The notes below the pieces were generated by a model. It saw nothing but the letters and a program-made list of their open reading frames with translations. It was not told the DNA's origin and ran no database searches. 61,620 nt of DNA. Source: a virus (lineage: Duplodnaviria; Caudoviricetes). The stretch spans positions 1 through 61,620 of the IMG/VR virus record IMGVR_UViG_3300028559_000041; one strand, given 5' to 3'. Shown here one piece after another: positions 46,052-54,431 of the stretch (positions are counted from its first letter, which is position 1; every line of letters begins with the position of its first letter). A program made the translations under genes and the position numbers.

Positions 46052-46424
46052 CTTTAAATATTTTATTCATTGTCCATCCTCTCCAGAAATCTTTTCCTTC
46101 AGTCTCGGTTTCATCCATGAAATTGATTATTAAATCACTTATTCTTGATTTTATTATCTTTTGATATTCAATTTCCAATTTATCCATCCAAATTTTACTA
46201 AATTCCTCAGATTCATAAACAACTGACTTACCATAATCATATGTTAATTCAATTATATGGTTTCTATTATCTATAGTAATATGTAATGTACTACCATTTT
46301 TTGTTGGTAAATCAACATTAATCAAGTAATATTTATATCCGTATTTTAATTTTTTATTAATAATAATTCTTGGATCATCTATATTCTCTAATACGTAATT
46401 TAAAAAATCTTCAAGTTCTTCCAT
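46035..46424 (-). CDS. hypothetical protein
   Basis: 129-aa ORF. Confidence 0.6.
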   Translation of the reverse strand: MEELEDFLNYVLENIDDPRIIINKKLKYGYKYYLINVDLPTKNGSTLHITIDNRNHIIELTYDYGKSVVYESEEFSKIWMDKLEIEYQKIIKSRISDLIINFMDETETEGKDFWRGWTMNKIFKDAREE

Positions 46425-46433
46425 ATTAGATTT

Positions 46434-47012
46434 TTATATCAAATCAGGTAGAATAAGTTTTAAAGGTTTATCTTTAAGAATTGATTTGATTCCACAGTTT
46501 AGAGCACCTTCATAGTCCGCTCTAACACTATCTCCTATCATTAGTAATTGACCAGGTTGTAATCCACTCCTCTCAATAACTATTTTATAGATATTTGGGT
46601 CTGGTTTAGAATACCCAACATCACAAGAAAATATAGGATCTTTAATCCACTTATCTAAACCAAGATTATAAAAACATTCTTTGTAAGGTGTTGCAATATT
46701 TGATATTAGATATAAGTCATATCTTTTTGATAGTTCATTTAATACAAATTCGGTATCGTCAAATAAATGTGTACTTTCATTCTCTTCTTTGACATCATAC
46801 TCATATTGAGTAGTATAAACATTTGATCCAGGTCTTATCGCCTCTTTGAGTTCTTCAAAGCTAAAATTTTCCGACATTACCTTGTCTCTCCAAAAGTTCA
46901 TTTCTTCTTTGGTGAGTCCTAATGTTCTAAATAAATTTAAATAAGGTTTTGCTTTATACTCGGTATATAATAGTGTATTATATAAATCAAATATTATCGA
47001 TTTTGTTTTCAT
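46434..47012 (-). CDS. HAD-superfamily hydrolase (subfamily IA)
   Basis: IFDLYNTL, LISN, KPDPNIY and MIGDS..AD..GA...G. Confidence 0.85.
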   Translation of the reverse strand: MKTKSIIFDLYNTLLYTEYKAKPYLNLFRTLGLTKEEMNFWRDKVMSENFSFEELKEAIRPGSNVYTTQYEYDVKEENESTHLFDDTEFVLNELSKRYDLYLISNIATPYKECFYNLGLDKWIKDPIFSCDVGYSKPDPNIYKIVIERSGLQPGQLLMIGDSVRADYEGALNCGIKSILKDKPLKLILPDLI

Positions 47013-47050
47013 TTAAGTTATATAAAAGATATATCATGATGTTACATGAA

Positions 47051-47764
47051 TTACATAAATGTTGCAATAAAGTTTTCTTCATCATCACACAATTTGCATC
47101 CTAAAATTGAACTAGTAATATTTTTAACATTTTCTTTAGTTAAAATCTCTTCTATCTTATTATTGAATTTCTCTGTATCCATAAAATCCTTTACATTCAC
47201 ATTAAGATCTAAATCCGAGCTTCCTAAATCTAGTTTAATATTTTTACTAAATGTTTGATTTAACACATAGTCTTTAATATTTTCTTTTATTATATTTAAT
47301 TCATCTTCATTATAAATCACAATATTTAATTCATCTATTTTAAATATATGTTTTTCAGCAGAAACAACATCAATTTGACTTAAAGATACATCATAATAAT
47401 CTGCTAATATTTTTTCATGATTTATAGTCACATTGTCTATCCCTTTATATAAACACTGTTTAAGATCTAAAATTTTAAAATCGTCAGATTCTAGAAATTT
47501 AAAGTTTTCAAAAGTCATCACAGAGTCTTTTCTCATAGATACTCTATCTTGTAAGATATCGGATAAAACCTGTTCGATTCCATTTACATCGGATAAACCT
47601 CTTCTACTTATAAAGTTTTTAAGTTTGGCTTTATTTTCTAAAAGATAAGATTCTACTCTACTAGGTTTAAATTTATGTTTCTTAATAAATTCTTCTATAT
47701 AGTCATCAACATATTGATTTACAAGTTGATAGTATTTGTTTGCATCTTCGGAATTTCTTATCAT
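47051..47764 (-). CDS. hypothetical protein with internal tag-like VMTFENFKFLES
   Basis: 237-aa ORF; TTAATATATAC upstream. Confidence 0.65.
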   Translation of the reverse strand: MIRNSEDANKYYQLVNQYVDDYIEEFIKKHKFKPSRVESYLLENKAKLKNFISRRGLSDVNGIEQVLSDILQDRVSMRKDSVMTFENFKFLESDDFKILDLKQCLYKGIDNVTINHEKILADYYDVSLSQIDVVSAEKHIFKIDELNIVIYNEDELNIIKENIKDYVLNQTFSKNIKLDLGSSDLDLNVNVKDFMDTEKFNNKIEEILTKENVKNITSSILGCKLCDDEENFIATFM

Positions 47765-47858
47765 AAAAGTATATATTAAAAATAATTTGCACTTTTATTA
47801 ATTTTTTTCTAAACAAAAATCGTTCCAAATTATATATAAAAATAAAAGTAAATATAAA

Positions 47859-48032
47859 ATGAAAAAGGTATTTTTAGCATTAACAATTTTTACAGTAATT
47901 GCATCATCTTGTGGAACAAGTTCAACTGATGGAACTGTTACTAATGACAGCACATCGGTTAAACAAGACTCAATGACTTGTGACACAACAAAATGTGATA
48001 CAACTTGTGTAGCTGATTCAGTTAAGAAATAA
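47859..48032 (+). CDS. small lipoprotein (57 aa; absent from the ORF track)
   Basis: MKKVFLALTIFTVIASS|CGTSSTDGTVTNDSTSVKQDSMTCDTTKCDTTCVADSVKK has a basic n-region, hydrophobic core and lipobox-like Cys. It has its own upstream TATATA motif and downstream terminator. Confidence 0.75.
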   Translation: MKKVFLALTIFTVIASSCGTSSTDGTVTNDSTSVKQDSMTCDTTKCDTTCVADSVKK

Positions 48033-48054
48033 TTGTTACTGAATATAAAAATAA

Positions 48055-48080
48055 GCCCCAGATATCTCTGGGGTTTTTTT
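48055..48080 (+). terminator. intrinsic terminator
   Basis: GCCCCAGA-TATC-TCTGGGGT followed by a T run. Confidence 0.8.
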
Positions 48081-48126
48081 ATGCACTAATTAAAATTAAT
48101 ATATATGAAAACACTAAAAATTATTC

Positions 48127-49032
48127 ATGAATATTTCTCAAGTTAAATCTTTCTTTAATCGTAAGCCTGTTGAATTTATAGTTAAGGAATCTTATAATGA
48201 TCTTAAAGAAGATAGAGAGTTTATTCCTAGATTCTCACTTAAAAACATTAAGGACTTCCAAAATGTTCCTATAAACTCACCAATTAAATATGATGAAAAG
48301 CTTTTGATTAAAGCTATTCAATATGGAATGATATTTTTGATTAACTATAAAGGAGAAAAAGATAAATTATTTAGTGGTCATGAAAGAGTTATTTATCCTA
48401 TGGTTTTGGGAAGATCCGCACAAGGTAAGACTTTACTTAGAGGATGGCATTTAAATGGATGGTCTGTTTCTAAAAATAGACATATAAATAAAATATGGAG
48501 ACTTTTTAGGACAGATAGAATTTTATCTATGACTTTTACAGGATCATTCTACAGACTTCCACCAGCGGGTTATAACATGAATGATAAAGGAATGAGAGGG
48601 GGACTAATTGTAAGTGCTGATTTCAACGCTATTAGAAGAAATCAACAAAATTTGGTTCAACAAAATGTAATTCAAAATAGAGAAGACGTATCATTGAGTC
48701 AAGATGAGAGAAAATTTGTAACGATAAGAGTAAAAGGAACAGATTCTAAACTAGACCTAAACAAACCACTTGATAACGCATATATAAATAACCTTAAAAA
48801 TGTTGAAAATGTTAGAATATCATTCCTAAAGAGTATATATGGGAACCAGTATGTCGCAATACTTGGTGCAATGGGTGAGCCAGGAAATACTGTTAAAATA
48901 TTAGATGATAAAGGTAAAAATTTAGGAGTTTATAAAGTTTTAGATTCAACAACGGGTCAAATACTTAAAAGTATTACTAAAGTAAAGGGTAATTCACTCT
49001 ATGATTTATACATTTTTGATAAAAAGATTTAA
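48127..49032 (+). CDS. WYL-like domain protein
   Basis: INYKG......ERVIYPMVLG.......LLRGW ... WRLFRTDRI. Confidence 0.6.
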   Translation: MNISQVKSFFNRKPVEFIVKESYNDLKEDREFIPRFSLKNIKDFQNVPINSPIKYDEKLLIKAIQYGMIFLINYKGEKDKLFSGHERVIYPMVLGRSAQGKTLLRGWHLNGWSVSKNRHINKIWRLFRTDRILSMTFTGSFYRLPPAGYNMNDKGMRGGLIVSADFNAIRRNQQNLVQQNVIQNREDVSLSQDERKFVTIRVKGTDSKLDLNKPLDNAYINNLKNVENVRISFLKSIYGNQYVAILGAMGEPGNTVKILDDKGKNLGVYKVLDSTTGQILKSITKVKGNSLYDLYIFDKKI

Positions 49033-49042
49033 TATATAATAT

Positions 49043-50194
49043 ATGTTACGATATTTAAAACACATAAAAGAAGAATTAAACATCAGCAAAATGACTGATG
49101 CCGATTTTAGTAATTTATTAAAAAATATTACTACTAATCTGGATCAATATAAAAATTCAATATTATTTAATATTGAATATAATCTTAAAACCAATAAAAT
49201 TGAGTATAAAGATTTTAATAATATCAATGTACCTCAAATTATATCACAACTAAATTCAAGTTTAGGAAAAGATATTGTAGATCAATTTAATATTGAATCT
49301 TTTCTAAGAAAAATTAATCAAATTTTAGATTTGAAGAAAAGAAATACTAAAAAGAAGATTAAAGAAGAATTTATAAGTTATTATTCTTCATTAGAAGATA
49401 GATTTGAAGAAGAATCACAAGATTCTAAAGAAGAAGACCATTTTGATAGAGTAGAAGGAGAACACTCTCTAATAACACGTAGAAAATATGAAGATGAGAA
49501 ATATGATATTCAAGTTGAATTAATGAAACTACAAGAATGGGTTATTAAAAATAATGAAAGAGTTGCAATTGTTTTTGAAGGTAGAGATTCAGCTGGTAAA
49601 GGTTCAACTATTAAAAGATTTATTGAGTATTTAAATCCTAAACACTTCAGAGTTGTTGCTCTTGGATTACCAACAGAAGAAGAGAAGAATAATTGGTTTG
49701 GTAGATATGAAAAACACTTACCAAACCCAGGTGAAATTGTTTTCTTTGATAGATCTTGGTATAATAGAGGAGTTGTTGAACCAGCAATGGGTTATTGCAG
49801 CGAAGAACAATATATGAACTTTATAGAAAATGTTGGAGATTGGGAGGAATCAATGATTAAAAAAGGATTAATTCTAATTAAATTCTGGTTTTCTATAACA
49901 AAAGAGAAACAACAATTAAGATTTGAGTTAAGAAAACAATCACCTTTAAAGTATTGGAAGTTTTCACCAAATGATGCAAAAGTTGTTGATAAATGGGACA
50001 TAATAACCAATTATAAGAATCAAATGTTTAATAAAACTTCAACAAGAATGTCGCCTTGGGTGATAATAAATTCTAACGATAAAAAAATAGGAAGATTAAA
50101 TGCAATGAGATATGTTTTAGATAAAATAAAATATGACAATAAAGATGAAACAAAATGTCATTGGTATCCAGAAGTAGTAAATATTTTAAAATAA
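49043..50194 (+). CDS. ppk2: polyphosphate kinase 2 with N-terminal extension
   Basis: FEGRDSAGKG, ALGLPTEEE, FDRSWYNR and LIKFWFSI; starts MLRYLKHIKEE. Confidence 0.9.
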   Translation: MLRYLKHIKEELNISKMTDADFSNLLKNITTNLDQYKNSILFNIEYNLKTNKIEYKDFNNINVPQIISQLNSSLGKDIVDQFNIESFLRKINQILDLKKRNTKKKIKEEFISYYSSLEDRFEEESQDSKEEDHFDRVEGEHSLITRRKYEDEKYDIQVELMKLQEWVIKNNERVAIVFEGRDSAGKGSTIKRFIEYLNPKHFRVVALGLPTEEEKNNWFGRYEKHLPNPGEIVFFDRSWYNRGVVEPAMGYCSEEQYMNFIENVGDWEESMIKKGLILIKFWFSITKEKQQLRFELRKQSPLKYWKFSPNDAKVVDKWDIITNYKNQMFNKTSTRMSPWVIINSNDKKIGRLNAMRYVLDKIKYDNKDETKCHWYPEVVNILK

Positions 50195-50222
50195 AAAAAC
50201 CCACTCAAATGAGTGGGTTTTT
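50193..50222. terminator. bidirectional terminator, ACCCACTCA family copy 3
   Basis: AAAACCCACTCAAATGAGTGGGTTTT. Confidence 0.85.
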
Positions 50223-50226
50223 AGTT

Positions 50227-50763
50227 TTATAGTTGAATATACGTTGTACCGGGTATAAATTGTTTAGCAGTGTGTTTTGGTAACAATGTTCTCCAAGTAT
50301 TTCCAAATGTTTTTTCAAAATGTGGAGCATCTTTAAAAGATTTCCAATCACCTCCCCATTCCCATCCGTGTTTCTTTAGAATGTTAACAACTTCCATCCA
50401 ATCAGCTTTACCATCTTTATCGAAATCTACATTTGTTTCCCAAGAAGCAGATTCAAATGTACCATCTGCATTAGTATCTTTTAGAAGTACAATATCAAGT
50501 GCCAGTCCAAAATTGTGTATAGATTGACCACCTTTTGCTTTTGTTACAACGCCTAATCTTTTACCATTAGCGTCAAATAATTTAGTTCTACCTTGTGCAT
50601 AAAGAGCATCTTGCTCAGCGAATGTTCTTAAAGTATATGCAAATCTACATATAGCTCTTCCAGATAAAGCTGGAATGATTTCATTTAAGTAAATATCTTT
50701 AACTTCTTGTCTAACTGCTGGATGTAATAATTCAATTCTATCCAATGTTGGTTTATCACTCAT
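50227..50763 (-). CDS. M15 family L-Ala-D-Glu peptidase (endolysin)
   Basis: LRTFAEQDALYAQGRT, VTKAKGGQSIHNFGLALD and WGGDW..FKDAPHFE. Confidence 0.9.
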   Translation of the reverse strand: MSDKPTLDRIELLHPAVRQEVKDIYLNEIIPALSGRAICRFAYTLRTFAEQDALYAQGRTKLFDANGKRLGVVTKAKGGQSIHNFGLALDIVLLKDTNADGTFESASWETNVDFDKDGKADWMEVVNILKKHGWEWGGDWKSFKDAPHFEKTFGNTWRTLLPKHTAKQFIPGTTYIQL

Positions 50764-50822
50764 AATATTAATATTTTTTGAGTATATATTTAACTTTTTT
50801 TCTTACTTATAGTATAATAAAT

Positions 50823-51314
50823 ATGAATGTATATAATGCAGAAGAAGTTGAAAGAATTAATAGATTAAAAGAGACTAATGATAAATTAGAAAAGTATTTT
50901 ACTGATAAAAGAGAGAATTGGGAAAAAGAAATTGAACCTCTTTTTGAAACTATTAAAGTAGAGATAAACTTACAAACTTCCCGACAGATTATTGAAACAC
51001 AATCTCTCTGCTTAACATATCGTCAAAAGATTACCGAAGAGATTTCTTCATTTTTAGATAAACGATCTAAACAAGATGTTAAATTAAAAAGAATTAAACA
51101 AGATAAATTTATCTGGTACGCAACTTCATTCGGCATTAAAACAAATATGGGTGAGAAATCATTGTTAATTGAAGCTCATGTTGCAGAGGAACAAAGAAAT
51201 ATTGAATTAATTGAAAATTATATCGAATATCTTAGACAAACTAATAAAAATTTGGAAAGTTTGCAATTCACTATTAAGAATATTATAGATTTATTTAACT
51301 ACTTAGGAAGATAA
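50823..51314 (+). CDS. UvsY-like recombination mediator
   Basis: Helical protein ending IEYLRQT.KNL....FTIKNII, similar to the UvsY C-terminus. Confidence 0.45.
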   Translation: MNVYNAEEVERINRLKETNDKLEKYFTDKRENWEKEIEPLFETIKVEINLQTSRQIIETQSLCLTYRQKITEEISSFLDKRSKQDVKLKRIKQDKFIWYATSFGIKTNMGEKSLLIEAHVAEEQRNIELIENYIEYLRQTNKNLESLQFTIKNIIDLFNYLGR

Positions 51315-51342
51315 TTTTTTTAAACACAATTATATTAAATAT

Positions 51343-51702
51343 ATGTCTAAATTTATTTTAAAAAAAGATTGGATTCTAAAATACACAATTTTAGATAAAC
51401 AAGGTCAAGAATTACTATACACAAAAGGTAAAATATTCGAACCTAACGAACACGGAGAGTATATAATATCAAGTACACACGGTCAGATGATACTCAAATA
51501 TAAGGACATGAAATCGTCTGTTGATGGAGAAGATCTTCTATTTGAAGAAGTAGAGGAACTTCCAGAAATAAAAATTTCTCTTTTGGAAGAAGATGAAGAT
51601 GCTATAAAAAATTATAGACTTCAATTGGATGTTAAAACAACACCAAGAAAAGCAAAAGAGATTGAAAATTATTTAAGAAAAACTTTACAAGAAATGTTAT
51701 AA
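51343..51702 (+). CDS. hypothetical protein
   Basis: 119-aa ORF. Confidence 0.65.
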   Translation: MSKFILKKDWILKYTILDKQGQELLYTKGKIFEPNEHGEYIISSTHGQMILKYKDMKSSVDGEDLLFEEVEELPEIKISLLEEDEDAIKNYRLQLDVKTTPRKAKEIENYLRKTLQEML

Positions 51703-51709
51703 ATTTTTG

Positions 51710-51717
51710 TATATTTG
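51710..51717 (+). promoter_or_regulatory. Bacteroidota-type -7 element TATATTTG upstream of the NAD operon
   Basis: Motif match only; no clear -33 element. Confidence 0.45.
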
Positions 51718-51745
51718 TATATAGATAAAAATGGTGCTATTGTAG

Positions 51746-51783
51746 GTTAGAATATTTTATATATAAATTAAAAATATTCTAAC
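51746..51783 (+). promoter_or_regulatory. 13-bp hairpin enclosing a late-promoter motif, just upstream of the GIY-YIG start
   Basis: GTTAGAATATTTT...AAAATATTCTAAC, with TATATATAA overlapping the loop. Confidence 0.65.
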
Positions 51784-51787
51784 AACT

Positions 51788-52396
51788 ATGAAAATAATAT
51801 GTATTTACTCTATAAAAAATATGGAAAATGAAAAGATATATATCGGTAGTTCAGTTGATTTCAATAGAAGGAAAAGAGTGCATTTAAATTTACTTTTTAA
51901 AAATAAACATCACTCAATAAAGCTTCAAAATAGTTTTAATAAACATGGATTTGATAAATTTCATTTTAGTATTTTAGAAATGGTTGACAGTATCGATTTA
52001 TTAATAGAAATTGAGCAAAAATATTTAACAAAACTTAAACCGGATTTAAATATGACACATATAGCTGGATTAAACTCACATATCGGCTTAAAAAGGAGTG
52101 AAACAACTAAAGAGAAAATAAGATTGTCAAATACTGGAAAATTAACATCAGAAGAGACTAAAGAAAAACTTAGACAACATAACTTAGGAAAAAAACAAAG
52201 TAAGGAGACAAAAGATAAAAAGGCAAAAGCACTTTACAAACCAATTATACAAATCAAAAATGATGGAGAAACGATTGAATGGGAGAGTGCAACAGTTGCA
52301 TCCAATGTATTAGGTATAAGTAGAAGAGTAATATATGCGTGTCTTTGGGGCACAAAAAAGACCTATAAAAAAAGTAAATGGATTTATAAAAAATAA
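51788..52396 (+). CDS. GIY-YIG homing endonuclease with NUMOD3 repeats
   Basis: CIYSIKN.....IYIGSS....R...H, EQKYL......N; three SE(T/E)TKEK-type repeats. Confidence 0.85.
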   Translation: MKIICIYSIKNMENEKIYIGSSVDFNRRKRVHLNLLFKNKHHSIKLQNSFNKHGFDKFHFSILEMVDSIDLLIEIEQKYLTKLKPDLNMTHIAGLNSHIGLKRSETTKEKIRLSNTGKLTSEETKEKLRQHNLGKKQSKETKDKKAKALYKPIIQIKNDGETIEWESATVASNVLGISRRVIYACLWGTKKTYKKSKWIYKK

Positions 52397-52400
52397 AAAA

Positions 52401-53336
52401 ATGAAAAGTTTAGAAGAATATCAAATTGGATGTGTATGTGGTAGATTTCAAGTACATGAACTACACGATGCTCATAGATATGTTATCGACCAAGTTGTTA
52501 ATAATCACAAAAAATCAATTATATTTTTAGGAGTTCCTAAAGTAGTTGGTACTAAAAAGAATCCACTAGACTTCGATACTCGTAAAAAGATGATTCAATC
52601 ATCTTATCCAGACACATTGATACTATCACTTCCCGATATAGGTGATGATTTTAAATGGACTGCTGAATTGGACAAAAGAATTAGAGAAGTCTATCCAATA
52701 GGTGATGTTGTTTTATATGGTGGTAGAGATTCTTTCATACCATATTATCAAAAAGGAAAAGGACAATTTGATTGTAAAGAATTAGACCAATATACATTCG
52801 TATCTGGAACAGAAGTTCGAAAAATTGTATCCGAAACAGTTAAAAATTCTACCGATTTTAGAGCTGGTGTTATTTATAACGCCTACAACCAATATCCAAA
52901 AGTTCACCCTTGTGTAGATATAGCTATTTTAGATGAAAACTGTACTATGATTCTCTTAGCAAAAAGACCATATGAAAGTGGTTGGAGATTTATTGGTGGA
53001 TTCGCACATCCAAGCGATTCATCATATGAATCAACAGCAAAAAGAAAGATATCTCAAGATGCAGGTGATAACTTAGAAACATCAGATCTTGCCTATATTA
53101 ATAGCACAATGATTCCAGACTGGAGATATCGGGGAGAAGAAGATAAAATCATTAGTGTCTTGTATAAGACAAAATATATTGGTGGAGTAATTGAACCATC
53201 CGATGATGTAAGCGAACTTAAATGGTGGAATTTACATGATATATCACAATATTGGTTTGATGTAGAAGATAATGTAGTTGGACCAATTGTTGATGAACAT
53301 AAACCTTTATTAAAAATACTTTTAAAAAATATATGA
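52401..53336 (+). CDS. nadM: bifunctional NMN adenylyltransferase / Nudix hydrolase (NadM-Nudix)
   Basis: GRFQ..LHDAH, KNPLDF..RK.MI and SGTEVRK; C-terminal Nudix-like WRFIGGF with a degenerate box (KRKISQD). Confidence 0.8.
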   Translation: MKSLEEYQIGCVCGRFQVHELHDAHRYVIDQVVNNHKKSIIFLGVPKVVGTKKNPLDFDTRKKMIQSSYPDTLILSLPDIGDDFKWTAELDKRIREVYPIGDVVLYGGRDSFIPYYQKGKGQFDCKELDQYTFVSGTEVRKIVSETVKNSTDFRAGVIYNAYNQYPKVHPCVDIAILDENCTMILLAKRPYESGWRFIGGFAHPSDSSYESTAKRKISQDAGDNLETSDLAYINSTMIPDWRYRGEEDKIISVLYKTKYIGGVIEPSDDVSELKWWNLHDISQYWFDVEDNVVGPIVDEHKPLLKILLKNI

Positions 53337-54424
53337 AAGTAAACCACTCTCCAGTATCGTATTCATCAATTGTTGAGATTGGTGAAAGAACATTACACCT
53401 TGAAAAAACAACAGGTGAAACCTATTTAAAACTACACCGTGGTGTAATGGATGTTGATATGATAGATCTAAACTCATTTATGAGTGATTTCGATTATAAT
53501 CAAAAGTCCGTACAACAATATGGTGGTAATGATGGTGATTCGGTACTAGTTAATGTTATTAAAGATAAGTTTCACTTAAAAGACCATTATGTAATGACTG
53601 TTCCTGGTGGAATGGCAACACTTGATTTGGTTATCAACTCACTATCAGAAGATAATTTTTGGGTTCCAAAGTATCATTGGGGTTCTTGGAATAAAATACT
53701 TAAAATTCATAATAAAAATACTCAAGAGTTCGATGATTTTAATATTGGTGAATTTAAAGCAAATGATCCAATAGTTGGATTCTCAGGAGTTGTGATGTTG
53801 TGTTATCCTTCAAATCCAACCGGATGGTCTCCTGACTTCGAAGATTTGAAAAAGTTCTTAGACCACTCTAAAGAACATAATATTACAGTCATTTTAGACT
53901 TACCATACTATTATCTTTTCAATGATATCGATAATCCTATTCATGAACTATTTTATGATAATGTGATCGTTATATCATCATTTTCTAAATCAATGGGATT
54001 ATCTGGACTTAGAATTGGATACATTGCGACAAAAAATCAAGAGTTGTATAACTCTATGAAAATACGTTCTTTATATAAGTATAACTCAATATCAACAATA
54101 CCACAACAAGTAATAACAAGATTACTAACAACAGAAGGGGGTAAGACATCTTTAGAAAACTATAAAATGAAAACTCAAGACAGTATTACTAAAAATATAC
54201 AATATTTAAAAGAAAGAGGATTCTTATTTGATGAATATCCATCAACTCCAACAGGACCCTTTGCGATTGTTAATATAAATTTTGATATTCTTTTATTTAA
54301 TCGAATATCTTCCGTACCTTTACATAAATTCTCACTCAACAGAACAGTTAACCCACAATATTCAAGAATATCAGTATCAGTACCACACGAAATATTCAAA
54401 CAATACTTTGACAAAATAAATTAA
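53333..54424 (+). CDS. PLP-dependent aminotransferase class I/II
   Basis: PSNPTG, ILDLPY and SFSKSMGLSGLRIGY (PLP lysine). Confidence 0.8.
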   Translation: MKVNHSPVSYSSIVEIGERTLHLEKTTGETYLKLHRGVMDVDMIDLNSFMSDFDYNQKSVQQYGGNDGDSVLVNVIKDKFHLKDHYVMTVPGGMATLDLVINSLSEDNFWVPKYHWGSWNKILKIHNKNTQEFDDFNIGEFKANDPIVGFSGVVMLCYPSNPTGWSPDFEDLKKFLDHSKEHNITVILDLPYYYLFNDIDNPIHELFYDNVIVISSFSKSMGLSGLRIGYIATKNQELYNSMKIRSLYKYNSISTIPQQVITRLLTTEGGKTSLENYKMKTQDSITKNIQYLKERGFLFDEYPSTPTGPFAIVNINFDILLFNRISSVPLHKFSLNRTVNPQYSRISVSVPHEIFKQYFDKIN

Positions 54425-54431
54425 TAAACAT

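Noticed and set aside
47798-47986. 62-aa minus-strand ORF in the ORF track
   Set aside because: It is antisense to the better-supported lipoprotein gene at 47859..48032.
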